The translations under genes were made by a program, and so were the position numbers. A stretch of DNA of 64,000 nucleotides from Vicinamibacterales bacterium (lineage in GTDB: Bacteria > Acidobacteriota > Vicinamibacteria > Vicinamibacterales > UBA2999): contig DATNCQ010000037.1 of NCBI GenBank assembly GCA_035571515.1, positions 2,823 to 66,822 on the forward strand, given 5' to 3'. Of this stretch, positions 18,024-27,227 are shown piece after piece. The notes below the pieces were generated by a model that saw nothing but the letters and a program-made list of their open reading frames with translations, was not told where the DNA came from and searched no databases. Position 1 is the stretch's first letter. Each line of letters starts with the position of its first letter.

Positions 18024-19481
18024 TTGCGATTTGCACCGCTGAGCGGCGTGAATCGCCCTGCGTTCGCACTCGGAGAACGGTCCACCGTCTGCGTCGATCT
18101 GGATGGGACGCTGATTGCCGCGGATGTCATGTGGGAGTCCGTGCTCCTCCTGTGCAAGACGGCTCCCTGGGCGCTGCTGTGGCTGCCCGTATGGCTGCTG
18201 CGCGGCCGCGCCCATCTCAAGCGCCAAATCGCGACCCACGTGATACCGGACCCGGACACGCTTCCGTATCGCCCGGAAGTTCTCGCGTATCTCGAGCGTT
18301 CCCGCTCCGAGGGAAGAGCCTTGGTACTGGCGACCGCCGCCGACGAAATTCATGCGCGGGCGGTTGCGACGCACCTTGGATGTTTTTCGGACGTCCTCGC
18401 CAGTGACGGCCAGCGGAACCTGCGTGGTTCCGTAAAGGCAGCGCAATTGGCGGAACGATTCGGAGAACGCGGCTTCGATTACCTCGGAAACGACTGGGTC
18501 GACGAGCCGTCATGGGTCGCCGCTGGCCGGGCGATCATCGTCGCCGCGCCCATGCGTCTGCTCGAGCGGGTCGCGCGGCATACGCCGATCGAGTCCGTGC
18601 TCGTGAAGCAGCCTCCGCGTCTGCGTCCGATCCTGCGCGTCATCCGGCCCTATCAGTGGGTCAAGAACCTGCTGATATTCGTCCCGCTCGTCGCCGCACA
18701 CCGTCTCTTCGACGCTGCCGCATTCCGGTCGACGCTGCTGACCGCGGTTGCGTTCTGTTTGTGTGCCTCCGGGATATATGTCGCCAACGACATGCTCGAC
18801 ATTCACGCGGACCGCCGCCATCCCCGCAAGCGACAGCGTCCGTTCGCGGCCGGTGAGCTGTCGATTCCCACAGGCTTCGTTCTGAGCCTCGTGCTCGTCG
18901 CGGCGTCGCTCACGATCGCTGCGGCCGCCATTTCGTGGGCGGTCATGCTCGTGGTGTCGCTGTATATCGCGGTGGCGATGGCGTACTCGACGCGAGTCAA
19001 GCGCGAGCCGGTCGCGGACGTGTTCGTGCTCGCTGCGCTCTACGTCGTCCGGCTGCTGGCGGGCGCCATAGCAGCCTGGATTCCACTGTCGACCTGGTTG
19101 CTGGCGTTCGCGATGTTTCTCTTCCTGAGCCTTGCGTTCGTGAAGCGGTACATAGAAGTGACCGCCAACGCCGGGGCCATCCCAGGTCGCGGATACACGC
19201 CGCAGGACGGTCTGTGGATGCACAGCGTCGGCACCACCGCCGGTTACATGGCGGTGCTCGTGCTCGCCCTCTACGTGAACGCCCCGGAGGTCTCGGCGCT
19301 CTATCACAGGCCGCAGGTGTTGTGGTTCCTCTGTCCGTTGCTGCTGTACTGGTTGAGCCGCACCTGGTTTCGAGCCGGCCGGCGCGACACACACGACGAC
19401 CCGCTGGTGGAGGCCCTTCGCGATCCCCTGAGCTACGTCGTCGGCGTCCTCAGCGCCGGAGTCCTGCTCGCCGCGTTGTGA
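18024..19481 (+). CDS. HAD-phosphatase-like / UbiA-family polyprenyl-phosphate phosphoribosyltransferase-like fusion
   Basis: TTG start (GTG 18048 is an alternative). HAD motif I VCVDLDGTLI. Then a UbiA TM domain with IRPYQWVKNLLIFVPL and NDMLDIHADRRHPRKRQRPFAAGELS (NDxxDxxxD..HPxKRxRP). Confidence 0.8.
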   Translation: MRFAPLSGVNRPAFALGERSTVCVDLDGTLIAADVMWESVLLLCKTAPWALLWLPVWLLRGRAHLKRQIATHVIPDPDTLPYRPEVLAYLERSRSEGRALVLATAADEIHARAVATHLGCFSDVLASDGQRNLRGSVKAAQLAERFGERGFDYLGNDWVDEPSWVAAGRAIIVAAPMRLLERVARHTPIESVLVKQPPRLRPILRVIRPYQWVKNLLIFVPLVAAHRLFDAAAFRSTLLTAVAFCLCASGIYVANDMLDIHADRRHPRKRQRPFAAGELSIPTGFVLSLVLVAASLTIAAAAISWAVMLVVSLYIAVAMAYSTRVKREPVADVFVLAALYVVRLLAGAIAAWIPLSTWLLAFAMFLFLSLAFVKRYIEVTANAGAIPGRGYTPQDGLWMHSVGTTAGYMAVLVLALYVNAPEVSALYHRPQVLWFLCPLLLYWLSRTWFRAGRRDTHDDPLVEALRDPLSYVVGVLSAGVLLAAL

Positions 19482-19578
19482 CGTAAGCCGCGCCAGCTTT
19501 TGAGCGTCGGGCGGGGCAGCCCGCGCGTTCCAGCTCGGCGGGCGAGGCTAACCATGCTCTGCCGGGCTATCCTGAAGC

Positions 19579-21609
19579 ATGTGCGGCATCGCGGGATTTA
19601 CCGTCCGTCCGGGGGTCGATGAGGGGGGCCACACCGCCCGCCACCGGCTGACGTCGATGGTCGCGGTGCTCTCGCACAGGGGTCCCGACGCGCAGCGCGC
19701 GGTGGTCGCCGACGGCGTTGCGTTCGGACATGCCCGCCTGTCGATTGTCGATCTCGCCGGCGGCCAGCAGCCGATGCGCGATCCGGAGACCGGCGCGCTC
19801 GTCGTGTTCAACGGCGAAATCTTCAACTACATCGAGCTGCGCCGCGAACTGGACCCGTACCCGTTCCGAACTCACAGCGACACCGAGGTCATCCTCGCGG
19901 CTTACCTCCGCTGGGGCATGCGCTGCGTGGAACGGTTCAACGGGCAGTGGGCGTTCGGGCTCTGGGATCCTCGTTCGCGCACGCTGCACCTGTCGCGCGA
20001 TCGGGTGGGCGTGCGTCCGCTGTATTACACGCAGACCTCCGCGGGCGTGGCGTTCGCATCCGAAGCCAAGGCGCTGTTTGCCGGCGGGTTCGTGCGGCCG
20101 TCCCTCGATCCGCTGGCGATCAAGGAGGCCACCTCGCTGTGGGCGCCGGTCGCGCCGCGTACGAGCTTTACGGGCGTGACGGCGCTGCCGCCGGGGTGCA
20201 ACGCGACGGTCGTCGACAATCGCGTTCGCGTGAACCGCTACTGGACGCTCGACCTCTCCGACGCCAACGTGGACCACTCCATGACGCCGGCGCGAGCGCG
20301 CGACGCGGTCGCGGAATTACTGGACGACGCCGTCCGCCTGCGGTTGCGAGCCGATGTGCCCGTCGCGGCCTACCTGTCGGGCGGCCTCGACAGCACCCTG
20401 ATCTGCGCGCTCGCACAGCGCCGCCTGCGGTCGGCACACTCACGCCTCGCGACCTTCTCGGTGGCGTTTTCGCAGTCGCGCTACGACGAAAGTGGATTCC
20501 AGCGATCGGTCGCCTCGGCGCTTGGCACCGACCATCACGAACTGCTCGCCGACGACGCCTGCATCGGGACGCTGATTCCAGAGATGGTGCGCCTCGCGGA
20601 ACAGCCGGTGGTCCGCTCGGCCCCCGCGCCGCTGCTGGCGCTCAGCCGGCTCGTGCGCTCGCACGACACGAAGGTCGTGCTGACCGGGGAAGGCGCCGAC
20701 GAGTGCTTCTGGGGATATCAGCTGTACCAGGAAACGAAGATCCGGCAATTCTGGGCGCGGAATCCGCAATCGACCTGGCGGCACCTGCCGCTGCAGCGCC
20801 TGTATCCGTACCTGGGGCTGTCCGACCTGAACGCGACCCTGCTTCGCGGTTTTTACGGCATCGGGCTCGACGATCCCGGTCAGGCTGGCTTCTCCCATCT
20901 GCTTCGCTGGACGTCCACCAGCCGCATCTGGCGGTTCTTTACCCCCGGCTTCATCGAAGCCACGGCTGCGTACGACCCGATGCAGGCGCTGCTTGCCGGC
21001 GCGCCGGCGGGGTTTACCGGTTGGAGGGTGCTGGCGCGCGCGCAGTACCTCGAAATGCACACGCTGCTCGCGGGGTATTTGCTCTCGGCGCAGGGGGATC
21101 GCATGCTGATGGGGAACTCGGTGGAAGGGCGCTTCCCGTTCCTCGATTACCGTGTCGTCGAGCTGGCCGCGCGCCTGCCGGACAGCGTGAAGATGCGCGT
21201 GCTGAGCGAGAAGCACGTGCTGAAGGAAGTCGCTCGACCCCTGGTGCCGAGGGACGTCGTCGGTCGTCCCAAAAAGCCGTACCGCGCGCCGATTGCGGAA
21301 ACGCTCACGGGGCCCGGCGCGCCGGAATGGGTGAGCGAGGCGCTCAACCCGGAATCGCTGCGGGCGGTCGGGGTATTCGATCCGATCAAGGTGAAGCGTC
21401 TCCACGACAAGCTCGCGGCACGGTCGAGCCCGGCGAGCGAATCCGACAGCATGGCGCTCATGGCCATCGCGTCCGTCCAGTTGCTCGATGGGCAGGTGAT
21501 GCGCGCCGACGCGCCGAGCCACTCGGCCGTCGGCGCGGTGCGGATTGTCAGCCGCGACGCGTGCAACGCGGGAACAGCGGCGCCGGAAGATGTCACGATT
21601 CCTCGATGA
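19579..21609 (+). CDS. asnB: Asparagine synthase (glutamine-hydrolysing) family amidotransferase
   Basis: MCGIAGF N-terminal nucleophile and PP-loop AAYLSGGLDSTLI; 676 aa. Confidence 0.9.
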   Translation: MCGIAGFTVRPGVDEGGHTARHRLTSMVAVLSHRGPDAQRAVVADGVAFGHARLSIVDLAGGQQPMRDPETGALVVFNGEIFNYIELRRELDPYPFRTHSDTEVILAAYLRWGMRCVERFNGQWAFGLWDPRSRTLHLSRDRVGVRPLYYTQTSAGVAFASEAKALFAGGFVRPSLDPLAIKEATSLWAPVAPRTSFTGVTALPPGCNATVVDNRVRVNRYWTLDLSDANVDHSMTPARARDAVAELLDDAVRLRLRADVPVAAYLSGGLDSTLICALAQRRLRSAHSRLATFSVAFSQSRYDESGFQRSVASALGTDHHELLADDACIGTLIPEMVRLAEQPVVRSAPAPLLALSRLVRSHDTKVVLTGEGADECFWGYQLYQETKIRQFWARNPQSTWRHLPLQRLYPYLGLSDLNATLLRGFYGIGLDDPGQAGFSHLLRWTSTSRIWRFFTPGFIEATAAYDPMQALLAGAPAGFTGWRVLARAQYLEMHTLLAGYLLSAQGDRMLMGNSVEGRFPFLDYRVVELAARLPDSVKMRVLSEKHVLKEVARPLVPRDVVGRPKKPYRAPIAETLTGPGAPEWVSEALNPESLRAVGVFDPIKVKRLHDKLAARSSPASESDSMALMAIASVQLLDGQVMRADAPSHSAVGAVRIVSRDACNAGTAAPEDVTIPR

Positions 21610-23164
21610 GCGCATCCGGGAGTGGGCGCGCGTCGCGCCCGACGTTCCGGCCGTCGGTTCGCCGTCTGAATGGATCACCTACCGCGAACTGGCAGCGCAT
21701 ATCGCGCGCGTCGCCGCGACCCTGCGGAGCCGGGGCGTCGGACCTGGTGACTACGTACTGAACCTGCTGCGCGCGGGGGTGGCTTCGGTGGTCGCCGGAT
21801 TCGCCATCCAGCGTGCCGGGGCATGCCTCGTCGAAGTGAACCGCGACAACGGTCCCGATTTCATCGGCAAGATCGCGCGCGCGACCAGGGCGCGCCACGC
21901 GTTCGTGCATGCGCGGGACCTTGCCGCGCTCGACGCGCCGTCCCTGGCGTGGAAGGCCGTGTGGATGGCCGGCGCCGCGACTTCGGTGCCGAAGCCTGCC
22001 AATGTCGAGACGCTGGAAGCCTTCACGCTGGAGCCGAACGTCGACGACCGGGTTGCGGACGGGGAGTCAGGTCCAGCGCGATCGCTCGACCAGGTGGCGT
22101 TGATCCTGTTCACGTCGGCGAGCAGCGGCGAGCCGCGCGGGGTGTTGCTGACCTACCGGAACATCGCGGCCAACACGGAATCGATCGTCGAGTACCTGAA
22201 GCTCACGCCGGCCGATCGTGTGATGTCGATTCTTCCGCTCTCGTACAGCTACGGGCGCTCGCTCCTCAACACGCACCTGTGGTGCGGCGGCTCCATCCTG
22301 TTCGACGCGCGTTTCATGTACCCGCGCGTCGTGCTCGAGGCTATCGGCTCGCAGAACTGCACCGGCTTTGCAGGGGTGCCGCTGACATTCGAGCTGCTCC
22401 ACCGCAAGTGCGATCCGCGCAGCGTACCGATGCCGTCACTCCGCTACGTGACCGTGGCCGGCGGCGCGTTGGCCACCGACATCCGCCGCTGGGTGCGCGA
22501 CGCCGTTGCCCCGGCGCAATTCTTCGTGATGTACGGACAGACCGAGGCGACCGCCCGGCTCGCGTATCTTCCGCCCGAGCGATTCGAGGAGAAGGCGGAT
22601 TCGATCGGGGTCGCCATCCCCGGCGTCGAGCTGCGCGTCGTCGACGACGAAGGCGGCGACGCCGGCGTGAACGTGGTGGGAAATCTGATCGCCCGTGGCG
22701 AGAATGTCTGCCTGGGCTACCTTGACGCCGCCGAGGATACGCGGGACATTCTCCGGGACGGCTGGTTGTGGACCGGTGACCTGGCTCGCCGCGACGCGGA
22801 CGGGTACTTCTTCCACGTCGGGCGGAAACGCTTGATGCTCAAGGTCGCGGGCTATCGATTCGCGCCGGAAGAAGTCGAGGGACGGCTGAAGGCGCATCCG
22901 GCAGTCGCCGACGCGTGCGTCGTCGGCGCGCCGGACGAGCTGACGGGGGAAGCCGTCTGGGCGTTCGTCGTTCTCTCGACGCCGGCGGACGACGCCGCGC
23001 TGCGGCGTCATTGTGCGGAGCAGCTTCCCGCCTACAAGGTGCCCCGGCGCCTTGTTCGCCTCGACGAACTTCCGAAATCGCCGGCCGGAAAGCTGCGCCG
23101 CTCCGAGCTGCAGGAGAGGGCGCGGCGGCTGGCCGAGACCGCAGACTGCGTACCCGAGGCATAG
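21590..23164 (+). CDS. AMP-forming adenylating enzyme (ANL / acyl-CoA ligase family)
   Basis: ORF 21545..23164; ATG 21590 overlaps the asnB end. LILFTSASSGEPRGVLLTYRN, YGQTEATAR and GWLWTGDLARRDADGYFFHVGRKRLMLKVAGYRFAPEEVE. Confidence 0.85.
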   Translation: MSRFLDERIREWARVAPDVPAVGSPSEWITYRELAAHIARVAATLRSRGVGPGDYVLNLLRAGVASVVAGFAIQRAGACLVEVNRDNGPDFIGKIARATRARHAFVHARDLAALDAPSLAWKAVWMAGAATSVPKPANVETLEAFTLEPNVDDRVADGESGPARSLDQVALILFTSASSGEPRGVLLTYRNIAANTESIVEYLKLTPADRVMSILPLSYSYGRSLLNTHLWCGGSILFDARFMYPRVVLEAIGSQNCTGFAGVPLTFELLHRKCDPRSVPMPSLRYVTVAGGALATDIRRWVRDAVAPAQFFVMYGQTEATARLAYLPPERFEEKADSIGVAIPGVELRVVDDEGGDAGVNVVGNLIARGENVCLGYLDAAEDTRDILRDGWLWTGDLARRDADGYFFHVGRKRLMLKVAGYRFAPEEVEGRLKAHPAVADACVVGAPDELTGEAVWAFVVLSTPADDAALRRHCAEQLPAYKVPRRLVRLDELPKSPAGKLRRSELQERARRLAETADCVPEA

Positions 23165-24175
23165 TTGGCACATCCGATCGATTTGAAAGCCGCCATCACG
23201 CTCGACCTGGAAGAGACGGCGGCACGCCTGTCGTCGGCATTGCGGGAGGCGGTGGAACGGAAGCTGCGGCGACGCGGTCTCGTCGTCGCGATTTCAGGCG
23301 GGATCGATTCGGCGTGCGTGGCGGCGCTGGCCGTGCGGGCGTTCGGCCCGAGGCGCGTGTTCGGGCTGATGCTGCCGGAGCGCGACTCGAGTCCCGAGAG
23401 CACGAGGCTCGGGCAGGACCTTGCGAACGCGCTCGGGATCACCTTCCTCGTGCACGACATCGCCCCGATGCTGGCTGCCGCGGGGTGCTACGCCGCGCGC
23501 GACGAAGCCGTGCGTTCGGTGTACCCGGAGTTCACCGGCGAGGAGCGCTGGAAGATCGTGATGCACGGCGACCGGCTCGGGACCGACGTGCTGAACTTCT
23601 TCTACGTCGTCATCGAGCCGCGCGGCGGGGGTGAGCAGCGCCGCATCCGCCTGACCGCCGACGCCTACCTGCAGATCGTGGCGGCGACGAACTTCAAGCA
23701 GCGGTGCCGCAAGGTCATGGAGTACTACCACGCGGATCGGCTGGTCTATGCCGTCGCGGGCACGCCGAACCGGCTCGAGTACGACCAGGGGTTCTTCGTG
23801 AAGCTTGGCGACGGCGCGGCCGATGTCAAGCCGATCGCCAGTCTCTACAAGACCCAGACCTACGCGCTCGCGCGGCACCTCGGGGTCACCGAGGAGATTC
23901 TCAACCGCGAGCCGACGACCGATACCTACAGCCTCGAGCAGTCACAGCAGGACTTCTACTTCTCGGTTCACTACTCGCAGCTCGATCTCATCCTGTGGGG
24001 AAAGAATCACGGATTGCCGGCATCGGAGGTCGCCGCGCAGCTCGGGTTCACGGCCGAACAGGTCGAGCGCGTCTACCGCGACATCGATCAGAAGCGGCGC
24101 ACCACCGCGTATCTTCACGCCAGGCCGCTCCTGCTCGAACCGGTGCCCGAGCTGAACACCTACGCGGTCGACTGA
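23165..24175 (+). CDS. NAD synthetase-like PP-loop ATP pyrophosphatase
   Basis: TTG start directly after the upstream stop. PP-loop VVAISGGIDSACVAALA; the later KVMEYYHADRLVYAVAGTPNRLE fits NadE-type enzymes. Confidence 0.8.
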   Translation: MAHPIDLKAAITLDLEETAARLSSALREAVERKLRRRGLVVAISGGIDSACVAALAVRAFGPRRVFGLMLPERDSSPESTRLGQDLANALGITFLVHDIAPMLAAAGCYAARDEAVRSVYPEFTGEERWKIVMHGDRLGTDVLNFFYVVIEPRGGGEQRRIRLTADAYLQIVAATNFKQRCRKVMEYYHADRLVYAVAGTPNRLEYDQGFFVKLGDGAADVKPIASLYKTQTYALARHLGVTEEILNREPTTDTYSLEQSQQDFYFSVHYSQLDLILWGKNHGLPASEVAAQLGFTAEQVERVYRDIDQKRRTTAYLHARPLLLEPVPELNTYAVD

Positions 24176-25602
24176 CGGCGCGCGGAGGTGAGCGCCGCCA
24201 CGCTGGTAGCCCGCACCTCGGTCCAGTCGTCGAGCCCACAGCGGCGAGACACGAGCCTGCCCGCGGCGAAGCCCGCCGCCGTCACGGCGATGCCGGTCAG
24301 GATGGCGGCCGCTCGCAGCGCATACGCGCCGTGGATCGCAACGACAGCCTCGCAGCAGAGCGCCGGCAGCACGATGCCGCACGTGGCCGCAACGCCGGCG
24401 TGGCGCCGGCGAAGCGCCGCGCCGAGCAGAAGGGCCGGGACCGCGAACACGATACCGCCAAATGTGACGAGGGCTCGCCAGAACGCGGTGTGCCGGAGCG
24501 TCAACGGCCAGTAATCCGACTCCCGAAGCAAAGCCGACAGCGTGGCCTCCGGGCCAAGCAGGATGTCTCCGTCACCCGCGCCGTCGCTGGTGCGAATCGA
24601 CGCCGTCACGCCGCGCACGCTGATCACGATTCGGCGCGGCCGCGTCGTCGGGTCGAGGGCGCCGGGGAACTCGAGTTCCGTGCGCATCGCGCCTTCCCGG
24701 TCGAAGCGTGAACGCCACCGCAGCGCCATGCGCGTCTCGTCCTGGGCGATCGCGAGGTGCTGCGTGGCATCGGCGCCGGCGATCGCGAGCATCGGCGCGC
24801 GGCCGGCCGGGGCGCGGTCGACGCGGTCGAGCGTCAACGCAAGCGTGAACGACGAGTCGAGGCGGCCTCGCTGCGTCGGGGCGGCGCCAGCATCCCCCTG
24901 TGTGGCAACAAGCGAATCGCGCAATCCGCTGGGGACCTGGTCGTCGAGCAACTGCCGCCTCTCGTCCGGGCTCGCCGCACGGTTGAAGACGACGACATCG
25001 CGGAGGGCGCCGGAGGAAACGCCTTCGCCGTCGACGATGGCAGGCGTCGTCGTTCCGAAGGGCTGACTGACGACCCCGCTCGCGAGCACCCAGGAGGTGA
25101 TGACGGCGAGCGCGACGTTGACACCGACCATCGCCGCGGCCGTCAGCGACGGGACGCGGACTGCGATCGCTCGCAGCCACGCGAACGCGCGCGGCGCGGC
25201 ACGAAGGACCGCCACACCTGCGATGGCGCCGCCGGCGTTGCTCCATATGTCCGACACGTTGGGTGTGCGGCCGGGAAGGAATACCTGGAGCGATTCCACC
25301 GAGACGGTCATCGCCAACCCGGCGGCGGCCGTCAACGCAAGGCTCACGCGTTGCGGCATCCCGCGGGCGTCCAGCAACCACGCGACGCCCATGCCGAAGG
25401 GGACGAACAGGAAGATGTTGCGCGGCAGGTCCAGCAGGGTGCTGGGCTCGACGGCGAACGCGCCGACGAACTGCCGCCAGTCGATCGGCCGGAACTCGAA
25501 CGTAAAGGGCCAGAGCGTGGCCACGCAGATGAAGAGCGTGCCGCACGCCAGCAGAAGGCCGCTCCGGCCCGCCGTCCTACTTGGTGACGACAAACTCGCC
25601 AA
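24160..25602 (-). CDS. VanZ-like membrane protein with an extra central domain and C-terminal TM segments
   Basis: The N-terminus matches VanZ-like proteins (LWPFTF..NIFLFVPFGMGVAWLL..SVESLQVFLPGRTPNVSDIWSNAGGAIAG). The central segment (VVVFNRAASPDERRQLL, SFTLALTL) looks LamG/ConA-like, which is tentative. Confidence 0.65.
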   Translation of the reverse strand: MASLSSPSRTAGRSGLLLACGTLFICVATLWPFTFEFRPIDWRQFVGAFAVEPSTLLDLPRNIFLFVPFGMGVAWLLDARGMPQRVSLALTAAAGLAMTVSVESLQVFLPGRTPNVSDIWSNAGGAIAGVAVLRAAPRAFAWLRAIAVRVPSLTAAAMVGVNVALAVITSWVLASGVVSQPFGTTTPAIVDGEGVSSGALRDVVVFNRAASPDERRQLLDDQVPSGLRDSLVATQGDAGAAPTQRGRLDSSFTLALTLDRVDRAPAGRAPMLAIAGADATQHLAIAQDETRMALRWRSRFDREGAMRTELEFPGALDPTTRPRRIVISVRGVTASIRTSDGAGDGDILLGPEATLSALLRESDYWPLTLRHTAFWRALVTFGGIVFAVPALLLGAALRRRHAGVAATCGIVLPALCCEAVVAIHGAYALRAAAILTGIAVTAAGFAAGRLVSRRCGLDDWTEVRATSVAALTSARRQSTA

Positions 25603-27073
25603 GAACCAGGGTGTCGACGCCCGACCCGTAGAACACCCGCACGGCGTCGCGCGGACTGCACACGATCGGCTCGCTGAATCCGTTGAACGACGTGTTGACG
25701 AGAATGGGAACGCCCGTCGCTTCGCCGAAGGCCTGGAGCAGCCGGCGGAACCGCGGCGGCTCGGCGTCGCCGACGGTGTGCACGCGGACGTCGGCGTGCG
25801 GACCTGGCAGCACGTGACGGAACCGGCCGCGATCGCGCGGCGTGAAGTCGCACTCCATGTACGGCGACGAGGGCGGACCGTCGAAATGCTCGCGCACGGA
25901 CGCGTCGAGGCCGCTGAGGGCGTAGCCGCGCCACGGCTCCCGCTGTTTCAGGAAGCGATTCAGGTTCTCGAGCACGTACGGCGAGAACGGGTTCGCCAGG
26001 ATCGAGCGTGCGCCGAGTGCGCGCGGGCCCCACTCCATCGGGCCGTCGAACCAGGCGACGAGACGGCCGCGCTGCAGCGAATCGACTGCGATGGCAATCG
26101 CTTCGGCATCGGAGGCCCATTGGTAGCGCAGCTTGCAGTTGTCGAGCGTTCCCTTGATCTCTTCCGGACCGTAGGACGGGCCAAGGAACGGTGTAACGGG
26201 CTGGCGCCCATGATCGCTCGCGTGGAAGCCCGTGCCGATCGACAGTCCCGCGTTGCCCGGGTTGATCGGCACGAACACGTCGTCGAAGCCGGCGCCGCGC
26301 TTCACCCTCGAGTTGATGCTGCTGTTGTAGAAGAGGCTCCCTCCGACGCAGAGCCGCGTGCTGCCGGGCAGATGCGCCTTGACCCGCGCGAGGAATTCGA
26401 CGAGGAGATCGGCGATCTGCGCCTGCAGCGTGCCGGCCACCGTCGCCGCGGCATCGACGGACGCGCCCGGACCGATGCGGCCGCGAATCCGTGTCTGCCA
26501 GCCGTTCTGGAAATGCAGCCGATCTCCGTCGAGGACGAACAATCCTTCGAGCCGCTCGTCGCGGCCGCCGGGATTGAGCCGCGCCAGCGCCTCGAGGCGC
26601 TGCTCGCGGCCGGCCGACACGAACCCGAAGACCTCCGCGCATCCGCTGAGCAGGTCGGCGAAACCGGGACCGGTCCACGGCCAGTCCACCCTCGTCACCG
26701 ACGTTCCGTCGCCCTCCCAGACGCTGACGTGCGGCGCTTCGTGGTCGCAGACGACGATCGTCGCGCGCTCGAATGCTGAAGGGAGGAATGCGGAGCAGGC
26801 GTGCGCAAAGTGATGATCGAGCCGTGCCGGTTCGAGGGCCGCGGCCGGCGAGAGCGCCTCGGCCACCGCGTAGAGGCTCACGTCGCGGCGCTGGCGTCCC
26901 GAGCGCCGCAGCAGCTCGTCGAGCGCCTCGTCGGGCAGGCCGGTCCTGTTGAAGCCGGCGCCCCGCACGCGGGTGACGCGCTCCTGTTCGCAGATGCCCA
27001 GGATTCGATCGTCCGTACACAGCGTGACGCACGCGTTACGGGCCACACCGCCGAGACCGGCATACAGATTCAT
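25577..27073 (-). CDS. Carbamoyltransferase (NodU/CmcH family), divergent paralog
   Basis: ORF 25577..27328, ATG 27073 (MNLYAGLGG). LDHHFAHACSAF metal motif and C-terminal VNTSFNGFSEPIVCSPRDAVRVF. The N-terminal HD of the family is replaced (GGVARNACVTL). Confidence 0.75.
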   Translation of the reverse strand: MNLYAGLGGVARNACVTLCTDDRILGICEQERVTRVRGAGFNRTGLPDEALDELLRRSGRQRRDVSLYAVAEALSPAAALEPARLDHHFAHACSAFLPSAFERATIVVCDHEAPHVSVWEGDGTSVTRVDWPWTGPGFADLLSGCAEVFGFVSAGREQRLEALARLNPGGRDERLEGLFVLDGDRLHFQNGWQTRIRGRIGPGASVDAAATVAGTLQAQIADLLVEFLARVKAHLPGSTRLCVGGSLFYNSSINSRVKRGAGFDDVFVPINPGNAGLSIGTGFHASDHGRQPVTPFLGPSYGPEEIKGTLDNCKLRYQWASDAEAIAIAVDSLQRGRLVAWFDGPMEWGPRALGARSILANPFSPYVLENLNRFLKQREPWRGYALSGLDASVREHFDGPPSSPYMECDFTPRDRGRFRHVLPGPHADVRVHTVGDAEPPRFRRLLQAFGEATGVPILVNTSFNGFSEPIVCSPRDAVRVFYGSGVDTLVLGEFVVTK

Positions 27074-27118
27074 CGCTGGTTTTTCCGCTGAAAAAAGGCC
27101 TGGATGACACGCGAACGA

Positions 27119-27134
27119 AGCAAGAAACTCACCA
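27119..27134 (-). promoter_or_regulatory. Candidate internal sigma-54 promoter
   Basis: The minus strand reads TGGTGAGTTTCTTGCT (GG-N10-GC, TTGCT at -12). The -12 element lies about 47 nt upstream of ATG 27073. Confidence 0.4.
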
Positions 27135-27227
27135 CGATACGGGTGCGTGCTTCGCCGCTTCGCGCGGGAAAGTCTCCTCCCGCCGCGACTTTGTTCCGCT
27201 CGGCGTGCGCTGCAGGGACCGCGGATG

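Noticed and set aside
23165-24175. Reading the PP-loop gene as the housekeeping nadE
   Set aside because: This cannot be excluded. However, the gene is translationally abutted to the AsnB/ligase genes in the sigma-54 operon, so I left the symbol blank and treat the role as open.
25097-27032. ORFs 25097..26779(+) 560 aa and 25344..27032(-) 562 aa
   Set aside because: They are alternative frames over the carbamoyltransferase paralog. The chosen frame carries the NodU/CmcH motifs and these do not.
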